From NCBI GenBank assembly GCA_963778795.1, contig CAVZVU010000002.1, positions 120,052-184,051 on the forward strand: DNA of 64,000 bases, written 5' to 3'. Shown piece after piece: positions 12,165-22,240 of this stretch. The notes under the pieces were generated by a model, which saw nothing but the letters and a program-made list of their open reading frames with translations, did not search any database and was not told the origin of the DNA. Position 1 is the first letter of the stretch; each line of letters begins with the position of its first letter. This stretch comes from an uncultured Pseudomonadota bacterium. Its GTDB lineage: Bacteria; Myxococcota_A; Polyangia; Fen-1088. A program made the position numbers and the translations under genes.

Positions 12165-13146
12165 TAAGGGGATTGCACCGCGCGATATGGATATCAGCGT
12201 CGTCCTCCCGGTCTACAACGAACGCGACAACCTGATCCCGCTGCTCGACGAGATCGAACGCGTTCTCTCGTCGGCGAACAAGCGGTTCGAGGTCATCGCC
12301 GTCGACGACGGCAGCCGCGACGGCAGCGCCCAGCTGTTGCGTGACGCGGTCGCGCAGCGGCCCTACCTGCGCGTGCTCAGCTTCCGGCGAAACGCCGGGC
12401 AATCGGCCGCCTTCGACGCCGGCTTCCGCGCCGCGACCGGCGACCTGGTGGTCACGATGGACGCCGATCTCCAGAACGATCCGGCCGATATCCCGCGGCT
12501 CATCGCCAAGCTCGACGAGGGCTTCGACGTGGTGACCGGTTGGCGCAAGCACCGCAAGGACGGCGCGATCCTGCGCAAGCTACCGTCGCGGATCGCGAAC
12601 TTCCTCATCCGCCATCTCACCGGCACCGAGATCCACGACCTCGGCTGCTCGCTCAAGGTCTATCGCCGCCACGTCACCGACGAGCTGCGGCTTTACGGCG
12701 AGATGCACCGCTTCATCTCGGTGCTGGCCGACGGGCTGGGCGCGCACCTGGGCGAGGTCGAGGTCAACCATCGCGCGCGGCGCGCGGGGCAATCGAAGTA
12801 CGGGCTCATGCGCACCTTCAAGGTGCTGCTCGACCTCACGACGATCTGGTTCATGCGGCGCTACCAGACCAAGCCGATCTACCTGTTCGGCGGCCTGGGC
12901 GTGCTGATGTTCGCCGCCGCCAGCGTGCTGTCGGGGGTCGTGCTGTACGAGAAGTTCGCCGACGGCGCCTGGGTGCATCGCAACCCGCTGTTCCTCATCA
13001 GCATCACCTGCGCGCTGATGGGCATGCAGTCGATCGGCACCGGGATCCTGGCCGAGCTGATCGTGCGCACCTACTTCGAATCGCAGGGCAAGACCGCCTA
13101 CTCGATCGCGTCGCGCTCCGGGTTCCCGCCGGACGCGCGGGGCTAG
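12142..13146 (+). CDS. GT2 polyprenol-phosphate glycosyltransferase (ArnC/DPM-like); start uncertain
   Basis: SVVLPVYNE, VDDGSRD, GQSAAFDAG, TMDADLQNDP, LYGEMHRF, two C-terminal TM helices. Confidence 0.93.
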
Positions 13147-13156
13147 GGGCCAGCCG

Positions 13157-15212
13157 ATGTGCGGCATCGCGGGCTTCATCGACATCGACCGGACGGCGGA
13201 GCCGGGCAGGCTCGGGCGCATGCTGGCGCAGATCGCGCACCGCGGTCCCGACGGCGCGGGTGAATGGCGCGGCGAATGCCGCGGCGACGCCGACGGGCCC
13301 CCGTAGCAGGTCGCGCTCGGCCACCGCCGGCTGGCGATCATCGATCTCGTCACCGGCGACCAGCCGATGGAGAACGAGGACGGCTCGGTCGTCGTCACGT
13401 TCAACGGCGAGATCTACAACTTCGCGGCGCTGCGGCCGGCGCTGGAGCGGCAGGGCCACCGCTTCAAGACCCGCAGCGACACCGAGACGATCATCCACCA
13501 CTTCGAGCAGCACGGCCCCGACGGCGTGCGCGATCTGAGCGGGATGTTCGCGTTCGCGATCTGGGACGCGAAGGCGGCGGCGCCTGACGCTGGCGCGCGA
13601 TCGCGTCGGCATCAAGCCGCTCTACTACGCCGAGCTCGCGGACGGCGGCATCGTCTTCGGGTCGGAGCTGGGCGCGGTGCTGGCGCACGGCGGCATCGAC
13701 GTGGCGCTGTCACCCGAGGGGCTGGCGTCGTATTTCTTCTCGGACTACGTCCACCCGCCGCACACCATCGTGCGCGGCGTGAAGAAGCTCGCGCCCGGAC
13801 ACACCGTCGTCTGGGAGCGCGGCCGCCTCGCGGCGCCGCGCGCCTTCTGGCAGGTGCCGCTGGCGCTGGGCACCGGCGCGACGGCCCTCGGCGACGATCA
13901 GGCGCTGGCGCACGAGCTGTGGCAGCGGCTGGAGCGCGCGGTCGAGGCGCAGCTGATCTCCGACGTGCCGGTCGGGATCTTCCTCAGCGGCGGCGTCGAC
14001 TCGTCGTGCGTGGCGGCGCTGGCGGCGCGGCGCGCGCCCGGCCGCATGAAGGCGTTCTCGATCGGGTTCGAGACGGCGACCTTCGACGAGAGCGACTACG
14101 CGCGCCTGGTCGCGGGACGCCTCGGCCTCGAGCACGTGGTCGAGACGCTGCGCGAGCAGACCCTGCTCGAGGTCCTCGACCCGGCGCTCGATCGCCTCGA
14201 CGAGCCGCTGGGCGATCCGTCGTTTCTGCCGACGTTCCTGCTGTCGCGCCTGGCGGCCCGCCACGTCAAGGTGGTGGTCGGCGGCGACGGCGGCGACGAG
14301 CTGTGGGGCGGTTACCCGACCTACCGCGCCCACGGCTACGCCGCGCTTTACGGCCGCCTGCCGGCCTGGTTTCGCGCGCAGGTGGTGTCACGGGCAATCG
14401 ATCGACTTCCGGTCGACCACGGCTATCAAAGCCTGGAGTGGAAGCTGCGCCGGTTCACCCAACGCTTCGACGACGATCGCGTGCGCCGTCACCTGCGCTG
14501 GATGTCGAACCTGGATCTCCCCGACCTGGCGGCGGCGCTGCAGCGCGGTCCCGGCAGCGGCGCGGGCGGTCACGGCAACGGCAACGGCAAAGGCAAAGGC
14601 ACGACGCTTCTGGGCGCGCTGACGCCGGCGACGTTGCAGGCCAGCCTGCCCGACGCCGGCGGCGACTGGCTGAACCAGATCCTCGCGCTCGACTTCACCA
14701 CGTACATGCCGGGCTCGGTGCTGACCAAGGTCGATCGCGCGTCGATGGCGCACGGCCTCGAGGTGCGGCCTCCGTTGCTCGATAACCAGGTGGTCGACTG
14801 GGCGTTCTCCTTGCCGTCGCACTACAAGCTGCGGGGCCGGCGGGGCAAGTACCTGCTCAAGCGCGCCGCCAAGGGGAGCGTCCCCGACGAGGTGATCGAC
14901 CGCCCCAAGAAGGGCTTCGCGATCCCGCTCGCGACCTGGCTGGCAGGCCCGCTGCGCGCGCGCGTCGACGCCGTGATGAAGAGCTCGCCGCTGTGGGACC
15001 TGGGTGCCCTCGATCGCGCCACCTTCGTCGGGTGGCAGGATCAGCATCAAACGCGGCGCCAGGATCGCTCGAAGCCGCTATGGGCGCTGCTGGTGCTGGA
15101 CCACTGGATCCGCCGCCAGCCCGGCGCCGCTCATTTGCGCGGCGCCGGCTCCCAGGTCGAACGCACGAAGGCGGCAGCGCGCGCCTCCGACGGGCTGGGA
15201 CCGCGGCCGTAG
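13157..15212 (+). CDS. asnB: Asparagine synthase (glutamine-hydrolysing)-family amidotransferase; frameshifts near 13300 and 13585
   Basis: MCGIAG, HRGPD, GHRRLAIID, FNGEIYN, RDRVGIKPLYY, FLSGGVDSS, KVDRASMAHGLEVR. Confidence 0.92.
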
Positions 15213-16771
15213 CGGCTGAGCGAGACCAGACCGAGCGCGGCGATCAGCACCGCGACCGCGGCGTGCCTTCCCCAGCGCGCGGGCCGCGAATTCTCGCCCC
15301 CGATCGCCAGCGACAGGGCGACCAGAAGAACAATCCCCAGCGGCGCCAGCGACCACAGACCTGAGAAGACCAGCAGCCCCAGGCTGTACGGCACGAAGCC
15401 GCTGCCCAGCAGCGGGAAGGCGAGATCGAAGACCGGATTGTTGAACTCGGTCGGGTAGTGCGGATAGACCGCCGCGGAGATGCCGTTCAGGACCACCGAG
15501 ACGATCACCAAAGCCGAGACCGCCACCGACAGCGCCAGGCGCCCGCGCCCGCTGACCTGACGCCACGCGTGCGCGATCGCCGCCGCCAGGAACGGCACCA
15601 CCGTGGCGATGTAGCGCGGGCCGACGCACCAGCCGGCGCGCCAGTTGCTCATGCCGCCCAGGAAAACCAGCATGACCACGAAGACCGCGACGATCAGCGT
15701 CCCTTCGCGCCGCGGGCCCCGCACCATCGCCAGCGCAGCGCACAGAAGGCCGATCGCCAGGAAGGGAGAAAATACGAACAGACCGTAATCGGACGCGAAC
15801 AGCGAGGCCGCCATCGCCGACAGCTTCGGCAGCGCCAGGCCGTGAAAACCGGCGCTGTGCCCGGTGCGCAGGAAGTCGGGGTTCTCGATGTATCCGTAGG
15901 GGAAGCGCCACGGCCGCCCGAAAAGAACCGTGTGGTACAGGCCCAGGAGCGCCGCCGCCGGCGCGGCGCCCGCAAGGAACGCCGCCGCCCTTCGCCGGTG
16001 GCGCGCCCAGGCATAGACCGCCAGCACCGCGAAGACCAGCAGCGCCTGATACTCGAACATGACCGAAAGCGCGGCCAGGAAGCCGCCCCAGATCAGCTGC
16101 GGCGTCGGCGTGTCGGTGTCGATCCCGTCGCCGCCCGGCGGCGCGGCGTCCCGTGCGCCGGCCCCCTCGCCTGCGGCCGCGTCCGCGCCTGGAGCGAAGC
16201 CCCCCGACAGCAGCATGTAGCCCGCGAATGCCAGCGCCGACGCCTGAGCGTGGCCGACGAAGATGACGCCGTAGGGATAGAACATCGTCCCCAGCCCCAG
16301 GCCGACGACCAGTAGATCTCGCGCCGCGCGCGATCCGCTCACCCGCTCGATGTAGCGGGCGAAGAAGAACAGAAACAGCGACATCGTCAGCTCGACGGAG
16401 AAGACCCTCAACCACAGCGTCGTCTGGCGTTTCGTGGGCGGCGGCATCCCCAGCAGACGGTTGAGCTTGGTCTCCAGGAACAGCACCGGGACGCCCACGA
16501 ACGACGTCCCCGGCGCCTTCGACGAGTAGAGGTGACCGCCGGTGGTCGCCTTGTCGTTCACGTACCCCCATTCGCGCGTGACCTTGTCGATGTTCAGCAC
16601 GTGGTGCTCGACGATCGCGCGCGTCATCCAGACGCGGACATTCTCGTTGGGGTTGTTGATCCGCTCGGTGTACGGAAACACGTAGAGATACGCCAACGTC
16701 ACCACCAGCCAGGCGGCGTATCGGCTGAGCAGCGGCTCACGCGCCACCGCTGCCCGTCGGTCGAACTCCAT
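15131..16771 (-). CDS. Polytopic membrane protein, probable GT-C-fold glycosyltransferase
   Basis: About 12 TM segments; periplasmic NPNE..YSSKAPG loop; WRAGWCVGPRY motif. Confidence 0.65.
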   Translation of the reverse strand: MEFDRRAAVAREPLLSRYAAWLVVTLAYLYVFPYTERINNPNENVRVWMTRAIVEHHVLNIDKVTREWGYVNDKATTGGHLYSSKAPGTSFVGVPVLFLETKLNRLLGMPPPTKRQTTLWLRVFSVELTMSLFLFFFARYIERVSGSRAARDLLVVGLGLGTMFYPYGVIFVGHAQASALAFAGYMLLSGGFAPGADAAAGEGAGARDAAPPGGDGIDTDTPTPQLIWGGFLAALSVMFEYQALLVFAVLAVYAWARHRRRAAAFLAGAAPAAALLGLYHTVLFGRPWRFPYGYIENPDFLRTGHSAGFHGLALPKLSAMAASLFASDYGLFVFSPFLAIGLLCAALAMVRGPRREGTLIVAVFVVMLVFLGGMSNWRAGWCVGPRYIATVVPFLAAAIAHAWRQVSGRGRLALSVAVSALVIVSVVLNGISAAVYPHYPTEFNNPVFDLAFPLLGSGFVPYSLGLLVFSGLWSLAPLGIVLLVALSLAIGGENSRPARWGRHAAVAVLIAALGLVSLSRYGRGPSPSEARAAAFVRSTWEPAPRK

Positions 16772-16940
16772 TTCGCGGACACCCTACGGAGTGTCGAGAG
16801 CGGAATCAAGTGAACCGGGCGCAATCGGCGGCCTGCCGCACGCGACGTTTGCACGGGTTTCTATGGTGGATCCCGCGCAGGTCGACTAGGGTAGCGTCAC
16901 TTCGGCTGAGCCGGGATGCGGCCCGGCCGCCACGCCATCC

Positions 16941-17693
16941 ATGCAGGAATCAGTCTATGCCGTCGACGCGCGACGGGAACAGGATCACTGGTGGTATGTC
17001 GGCCGCCGCCGGCTGTTCGCGCGCGTCATCCAGGCGCTGTCACCCGCCCCCGATCAACCGGTGCTGGACGTTGGAACCAGCGCGGGCACCAACCTGAGAA
17101 TGCTGCGCGAACTGGGGTTCACCGACGTCACCGGCCTCGACTTCAGCGAAGAGGCGATCCGATTCTGCGCCGAGAAGGGGCTTGGCGCCGTGCGCCGGGG
17201 CAACATCACGGAGATGCCGTTCCCCGACGAGTCGTTCTCGCTGGTGCTGGCGACCGACATCATCGAGCACGTCGACGACGACGGGCGCGCGCTGCGCGAG
17301 ATCGCGCGCGTGCTGCGGCCCGGCCAGAACGCGCTGGTGACCGTGCCGGCATTCCCGTCGCTGTGGGGTTTCCAGGACGAGGTCTCGCTGCACAAGCGGC
17401 GCTACCGGATGAGGCCGCTGCTGGAGCGGATCCGGGCCGCCGGGCTGGAGCCACGCCAGCAGTTCCACTTCAACTATCTGCTGTTCGCTCCGATCTGGGC
17501 CGCGCGCCAGGTGATGAAGCTCTGGAAGCACTCCTATCGCAGCGAGAGCGACGTCACCGGGCCGCTGGCCAACCGCGTGTTGACCGCGATCTTCGCGTTC
17601 GACGTGCTGACCTCGCCCCGTCTTTCGCCCCCATTCGGGGTCTCGATCCTCGTGGTCGCGCACAAGCCGGCGCGGGCCGGCGCTGCTTCTTAA
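16941..17693 (+). CDS. Class I SAM-dependent methyltransferase
   Basis: HWWYVGRR, VLDVGTSAG, DIIEHVDDD, TVPAFPSLW..HKRRY. Confidence 0.92.
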   Translation: MQESVYAVDARREQDHWWYVGRRRLFARVIQALSPAPDQPVLDVGTSAGTNLRMLRELGFTDVTGLDFSEEAIRFCAEKGLGAVRRGNITEMPFPDESFSLVLATDIIEHVDDDGRALREIARVLRPGQNALVTVPAFPSLWGFQDEVSLHKRRYRMRPLLERIRAAGLEPRQQFHFNYLLFAPIWAARQVMKLWKHSYRSESDVTGPLANRVLTAIFAFDVLTSPRLSPPFGVSILVVAHKPARAGAAS

Positions 17694-17721
17694 GGCCGCG
17701 GTCGCGCTTCGCCGTCGCGTC

Positions 17722-18534
17722 TTACTTGCGCGCCGAACGCCGCGGGCCGAGGCGTTCTTCCAGACGGTCGAGCTCGCTCTGGAACAGGCTCGACGAGAAC
17801 GGCAGCAGCGCGACGCTGGCGGCGCCCGCCATCAGCGCCGGCTTTTCGATGTCGTCGTTCAGCGTCGCCGAGCCGGCGACCACGCGGCAGCGGCGCTGGG
17901 CCCGACTCGAAAGGCTCGACAGCACCCGACAGGTCTCGAAGGCATGCACGCTGGCCAGGCCCAGGTCGAGGAACACCATCTCGGGGCGATAGCGATCCGC
18001 CAGGCACATCCCCATCGGCAGGCTGCTGGCGACCAGGCCGGCGGTGTCGGCGTGGCGCGCCAGCACATCGGTCAGCTCGACGCGCCCCTCGCCATCGGCC
18101 GAGATCAGCAGGACCACGCCGCGCGGCGCGCTGTCCAGGCGGGCGGCGTCGATCGCGAACAGCGACGCGTCGACGTTGAGATCCGCCGCCTCGACCTTGG
18201 CGGCGGCAGCCGTGCCACCCGCGCGGCGCCGCTTGCCGACCTCGTCGGTGCGCGACCGGCTGACCTGCTTTTGCGCCTGCTCCTGGCTCAGCGTCCCCGA
18301 CGCCAGCGCCACCAGCATCATCGTCTCGACGTCGAGCGCGTCAGCCAGCCGCACCAGGTACTCGGCCCGATCGACGTACATCTGGCCTTCTTTCCACCGA
18401 ACCGCCCGCGAGTGCTCGAAGCCCAGAATATTGGCCAGATCACGCTCTCGTGTGTCTTGGCCGCGCAACTCGCGCAAGCGGTCCATGCAAAACTTCCAGA
18501 GCTCGCGTGACGGCGGGTGGCGCAAGGTTTTCAT
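17722..18534 (-). CDS. XRE-like HTH fused to an atypical receiver domain
   Basis: ERDLANILGFEHSRAVRWKEG..LADALDV. The receiver-like region has RPEMVFLDL, VVAGSA and LLPF. Confidence 0.7.
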   Translation of the reverse strand: MKTLRHPPSRELWKFCMDRLRELRGQDTRERDLANILGFEHSRAVRWKEGQMYVDRAEYLVRLADALDVETMMLVALASGTLSQEQAQKQVSRSRTDEVGKRRRAGGTAAAAKVEAADLNVDASLFAIDAARLDSAPRGVVLLISADGEGRVELTDVLARHADTAGLVASSLPMGMCLADRYRPEMVFLDLGLASVHAFETCRVLSSLSSRAQRRCRVVAGSATLNDDIEKPALMAGAASVALLPFSSSLFQSELDRLEERLGPRRSARK

Positions 18535-18744
18535 GAGTCCTTTTCGGTCGGGACGCGAGCAATGTAGGCATCACCCCGACGATTGCAACGGGGCGACCGA
18601 CCGCGACGAGCGAATCCTCAATCGCTTTGTTTGGGTCTTTCCGGGGTCGCGAGAATTGCCGCAGGGCCCCGGTCTGTGGCAAGGTGCTCGGCGACGTTCG
18701 AGCCGTACGCGGCCGTACCGTGCCCTGACCTTCAAAATCGCTCG

Positions 18745-19533
18745 ATGCACACCCCACCGTCCCGACGCCGGACCTTCTTCGCCATCAGCCTCGGCTGTGT
18801 CGCGATCGCGGCCGCCTGTGGCATCAGCATCCGGCGGGACTACTCGACGATTCCGGCCGGGCAGGTCGGCTTCGATGATCTTTGCGGCCTGCAGGACTAC
18901 TTCGACACCCTGGAGGCCAAGCTGGCCAGCCCGCCGGCGCTGGTGAGCGCGATCGACATCGAGAACCAAGGCGACGCGCGCGTCCAGGGCGGCAAGAACC
19001 GCTTCGCCTTCGAGACCGAGTTTCAGCTGAAGAATCTGCGCCGCGTGCTCGACGAGAACTGGAGCCGGCTGCCCGAGACCCTGCCCAAGGCCGAACGGGT
19101 CGAGATCGAGGTTCACTGGTCGGCGAAGGCCGGCGTCCAGCGCGTCGTCACCGACGGCGACGCCCAGGTGTTTGTCGGAAACCAGTCGTTCGCCCTGCCC
19201 TACCACGTCTGCCTGTCCGAGCTGCTGTTCGGCGCCCCGCTCTACCGGCAGCGACGCGAGATAGAGGGACGTCCCTTGCCTTACAAGCCGATGTTCGCGG
19301 AGGGCGGGGGCAACCTGCGACTGGCTGATGCGGGGGCGTCCGGGGAGGCACCGCTGGTCGTGCCTTTGCCGACGCCGACGAACGCGCCGACGCCGACGCC
19401 GACGGGGGGGACGATGGCGCCGGCGCCGGCCTCAGCGCCTCCGGCGGCGGCCGCCGCCAGCGCGGTCGGCCCCGATGCCGGCGCGATCGCCCCAACCTCG
19501 CCCCTCTTCAAGCCGGCCCCCGCGGCGCATTAG
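18745..19533 (+). CDS. Hypothetical lipoprotein
   Basis: MHTPPSRRRTFFAISLGCVAIAAAC lipobox; Pro/Ala-rich tail. Confidence 0.75.
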   Translation: MHTPPSRRRTFFAISLGCVAIAAACGISIRRDYSTIPAGQVGFDDLCGLQDYFDTLEAKLASPPALVSAIDIENQGDARVQGGKNRFAFETEFQLKNLRRVLDENWSRLPETLPKAERVEIEVHWSAKAGVQRVVTDGDAQVFVGNQSFALPYHVCLSELLFGAPLYRQRREIEGRPLPYKPMFAEGGGNLRLADAGASGEAPLVVPLPTPTNAPTPTPTGGTMAPAPASAPPAAAAASAVGPDAGAIAPTSPLFKPAPAAH

Positions 19534-19593
19534 CGGCCGTCGGCGCGCGGCGGCGGCGATGCCGCGCCAGAATCCGGCTAGAATACCCGGCCC

Positions 19594-22122
19594 ATGTCTT
19601 ACGACCATCGCACGGTAGAACCGAAGTGGCAGGCCCGCTGGAAGGCGGCCGAGCTGCACAAGACCCCCGACGTCCCGGGCCGGCCCAAGTTCTACGCTCT
19701 CGACATGTTCCCCTACCCCTCGGGCGCCGGCCTGCACGTCGGCCACTGCGAGGGATACGCCGCGACCGACATCCTCATGCGCTGGAAGCGGATGCAGGGC
19801 TGGAACGTGCTGCACCCGATGGGGTGGGACGCCTTCGGACTGCCGGCCGAGAACTACGCCATCAAGCACGGCGTGCATCCAAGCATCGTCACCGCCGAGG
19901 CGATCACGAACTTCCGCCGCCAGATCGACTCCATCGGCTTCGCCTATGACTGGGAGCGGGAGCTGAACACCACCGATCCGGCGTACATGAAGTGGACCCA
20001 GTGGATCTTCCTGCAGCTGTTCAAGCGTGACCTGGCCTACCAGGGGACGGCCGCCATCAACTGGTGCCCCTCGTGCAAGACCGGCCTCGCCAACGAAGAG
20101 GTCAGCCAGGGGCGGTGCGAGCGCTGCGGCAGCGTCGTCGAGCGCAAGGACATGCGCCAGTGGATGCTGCGCATCACCCGCTACGCCGATCGCCTGCTGG
20201 AGGATCTGGCGCTGCTCGACTGGCCCGAATCGACGGTGGCCATGCAGCGCCACTGGATCGGGCGCAGCGAGGGGGCCGAGGTGTCGTTCACCACGGCGAC
20301 GCCGGTCGCCGGCCGCGAGATCCGCGTCTTCACCACGCGGCCCGACACGCTGTACGGCGCGACGTACATGGTGCTGGCGCCCGAGCACCCGCTGGTGGCC
20401 GAGCTGACGTCACCCGCGCAGCGCGACGCGGTCGCCGCCTATCAGACGCAGGCGCGGCGCAAGAGCGACCTCGAGCGGACCGACCTGGCCAAGGAGAAGA
20501 CCGGCGTCTTCACCGGCGCCACCGCGCGCAACCCGGTCAACGGCCGCGAGATCCCGATCTGGATCGCCGACTATGTGCTGGCGACCTACGGCACCGGCGC
20601 GATCATGGCGGTGCCGGCGCACGACGACCGCGACTTCGCCTTCGCCAACACCTTTGGTCTGCCGATCGTCACCGTGGTCGCCGCCGCGGGCGCCGCCGCT
20701 CCCACCTCCGCCACGCCCGAGGCCCCGTTCACCGACGACGGGATCGCCGTCAACTCGGGCCCGCTCGACGGGCTGCCGACGGCCGAGGCCAAGAAGAAGA
20801 TCACCGCGACGCTGGAGGCGGCGGGCACCGGCAAGCTGGCGGTCAGCTACCGTCTGCGCGACTGGGTCTTCTCGCGCCAGCGCTACTGGGGCGAGCCGAT
20901 CCCGCTGGTGCATTGCCCGACCCACGGTCCGGTCGCCGTGTCCGAGTCCGACCTGCCGGTCACCCTGCCCGATGTCGAGCGCTACCTGCCAACCGGCACC
21001 GGTGAATCGCCGCTGGCCGCGATCGACAGCTGGGTCAACACCACCTGCCCCCAGTGCGGCGGGCCAGCGAAGCGCGAGACCAACACCATGCCCCAGTGGG
21101 CCGGCTCGTGCTGGTACTACCTGCGCTTCCTCGACCCGGGCAACAGCGACAAGCCGTTCGACGGCGCGCTCGAGAAGAAGTGGATGCCGGTCGATCTCTA
21201 CGTGGGCGGCGGCGAGCACGCGGTGCTGCACCTGCTGTACGCGCGCTTCTGGCACAAGGTGCTGTTCGACATGGGCGCTGTCAGCACCCCCGAGCCGTTC
21301 AAGAAGCTGCGCCACCAGGGGACGGTGCTGTCGCGTTCGTACCAGGACGCCATGGGCCGTTACCACGAGATCAGCGAGGTCGAGTTTCGGGGCGAACAGC
21401 CGTTCCTGCGCGCGACCGGCGAGCCGCTGAAGAGCACCGTCGAGAAGATGGCCAAGAGCAAGATGAACGGCATCAACCCCGACGACGTCATCCGCGAATA
21501 CGGCGCCGACGTCATGCGCCTGTACGAGATGTTCATGGGCGAGTTCGAGCTGCCGAAGCCCTGGGACCCGCGCGCCATCGAAGGGGTGAACCGCTTCACC
21601 AAGCGCGTCTGGCGCCTGGTCGAGGAGTGGGACGCCGCCAAGGCGCCCGCGGGGGATCCGCACGCCAGCCTGCGCCACAAGACCATCAAGCGCGTGACCG
21701 CCGATCTCGAACGGATGCAGTTCAACACCGCCGTGGCCGCGATGATGGAGCTGGTCAACGAGCTGACCGCCAAGGGGGCGACGCGCGAAGACCTGGTGAC
21801 GCTGGTCAAGCTCCTCGGCCCCTACGCGCCCCACCTGGGCGACGAGGCGTGGGAGCGTCTGGGCGAGAAGGGCTTCCTGCTGGAGGCGTCCTGGCCGGTG
21901 CACGACGAGGCGCTCACGCAGGACGCCACGGTCACGCTGGGCGTGCAGATCGACGGCAAGGTCCGCGGCTCGGTCGAGATCGCCCGCGACGCCAGCGAAG
22001 CCGACGCCCGCGCGGCCGCGCTGGCGATCCCCAACGTCAGCAAGCACCTCGAGGGCCGCAAGATCAGCAAGTTCATCTACAAGCCGGGACGGATCATCGG
22101 CATCGTCTCGTCCGCCGGCTAG
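19594..22122 (+). CDS. leuS: Leucine-tRNA ligase
   Basis: MFPYPSGAGLHVGH, GWDAFGLPAEN, SRQRYWGEPIP, KMAKS (KMSKS variant). Confidence 0.99.
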   Translation: MSYDHRTVEPKWQARWKAAELHKTPDVPGRPKFYALDMFPYPSGAGLHVGHCEGYAATDILMRWKRMQGWNVLHPMGWDAFGLPAENYAIKHGVHPSIVTAEAITNFRRQIDSIGFAYDWERELNTTDPAYMKWTQWIFLQLFKRDLAYQGTAAINWCPSCKTGLANEEVSQGRCERCGSVVERKDMRQWMLRITRYADRLLEDLALLDWPESTVAMQRHWIGRSEGAEVSFTTATPVAGREIRVFTTRPDTLYGATYMVLAPEHPLVAELTSPAQRDAVAAYQTQARRKSDLERTDLAKEKTGVFTGATARNPVNGREIPIWIADYVLATYGTGAIMAVPAHDDRDFAFANTFGLPIVTVVAAAGAAAPTSATPEAPFTDDGIAVNSGPLDGLPTAEAKKKITATLEAAGTGKLAVSYRLRDWVFSRQRYWGEPIPLVHCPTHGPVAVSESDLPVTLPDVERYLPTGTGESPLAAIDSWVNTTCPQCGGPAKRETNTMPQWAGSCWYYLRFLDPGNSDKPFDGALEKKWMPVDLYVGGGEHAVLHLLYARFWHKVLFDMGAVSTPEPFKKLRHQGTVLSRSYQDAMGRYHEISEVEFRGEQPFLRATGEPLKSTVEKMAKSKMNGINPDDVIREYGADVMRLYEMFMGEFELPKPWDPRAIEGVNRFTKRVWRLVEEWDAAKAPAGDPHASLRHKTIKRVTADLERMQFNTAVAAMMELVNELTAKGATREDLVTLVKLLGPYAPHLGDEAWERLGEKGFLLEASWPVHDEALTQDATVTLGVQIDGKVRGSVEIARDASEADARAAALAIPNVSKHLEGRKISKFIYKPGRIIGIVSSAG

Positions 22123-22148
22123 CTAACCCGCGGGATCGGATGGGACGA

Positions 22149-22223
22149 AACGCCACGACGCCAGAGACGCCAGAGGCCGGATTTTCAAAATTTCAGAACG
22201 TGGCGTCCTGGCGTCTTGGCGTT
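22149..22223. repeat. Inverted-repeat element between convergent genes (terminator or REP-like)
   Basis: aacgccacgacgccagagacgcca ... tggcgtcctggcgtcttggcgtt around an AT-rich spacer. Confidence 0.75.
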
Positions 22224-22240
22224 CAACCGATCAGCATTGG

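Noticed and set aside
13157-13680. asnB (also sdhA, DUF748) as pseudogenes or programmed frameshifts
   Set aside because: Motifs are intact on both sides, no slippery sites are evident, and indels are scattered through the window; most likely sequencing errors.
15131-15212. 82-bp convergent overlap of asnB and the GT-C-like gene
   Set aside because: Non-conserved tail read-through is common in GC-rich genomes; no sign of function.
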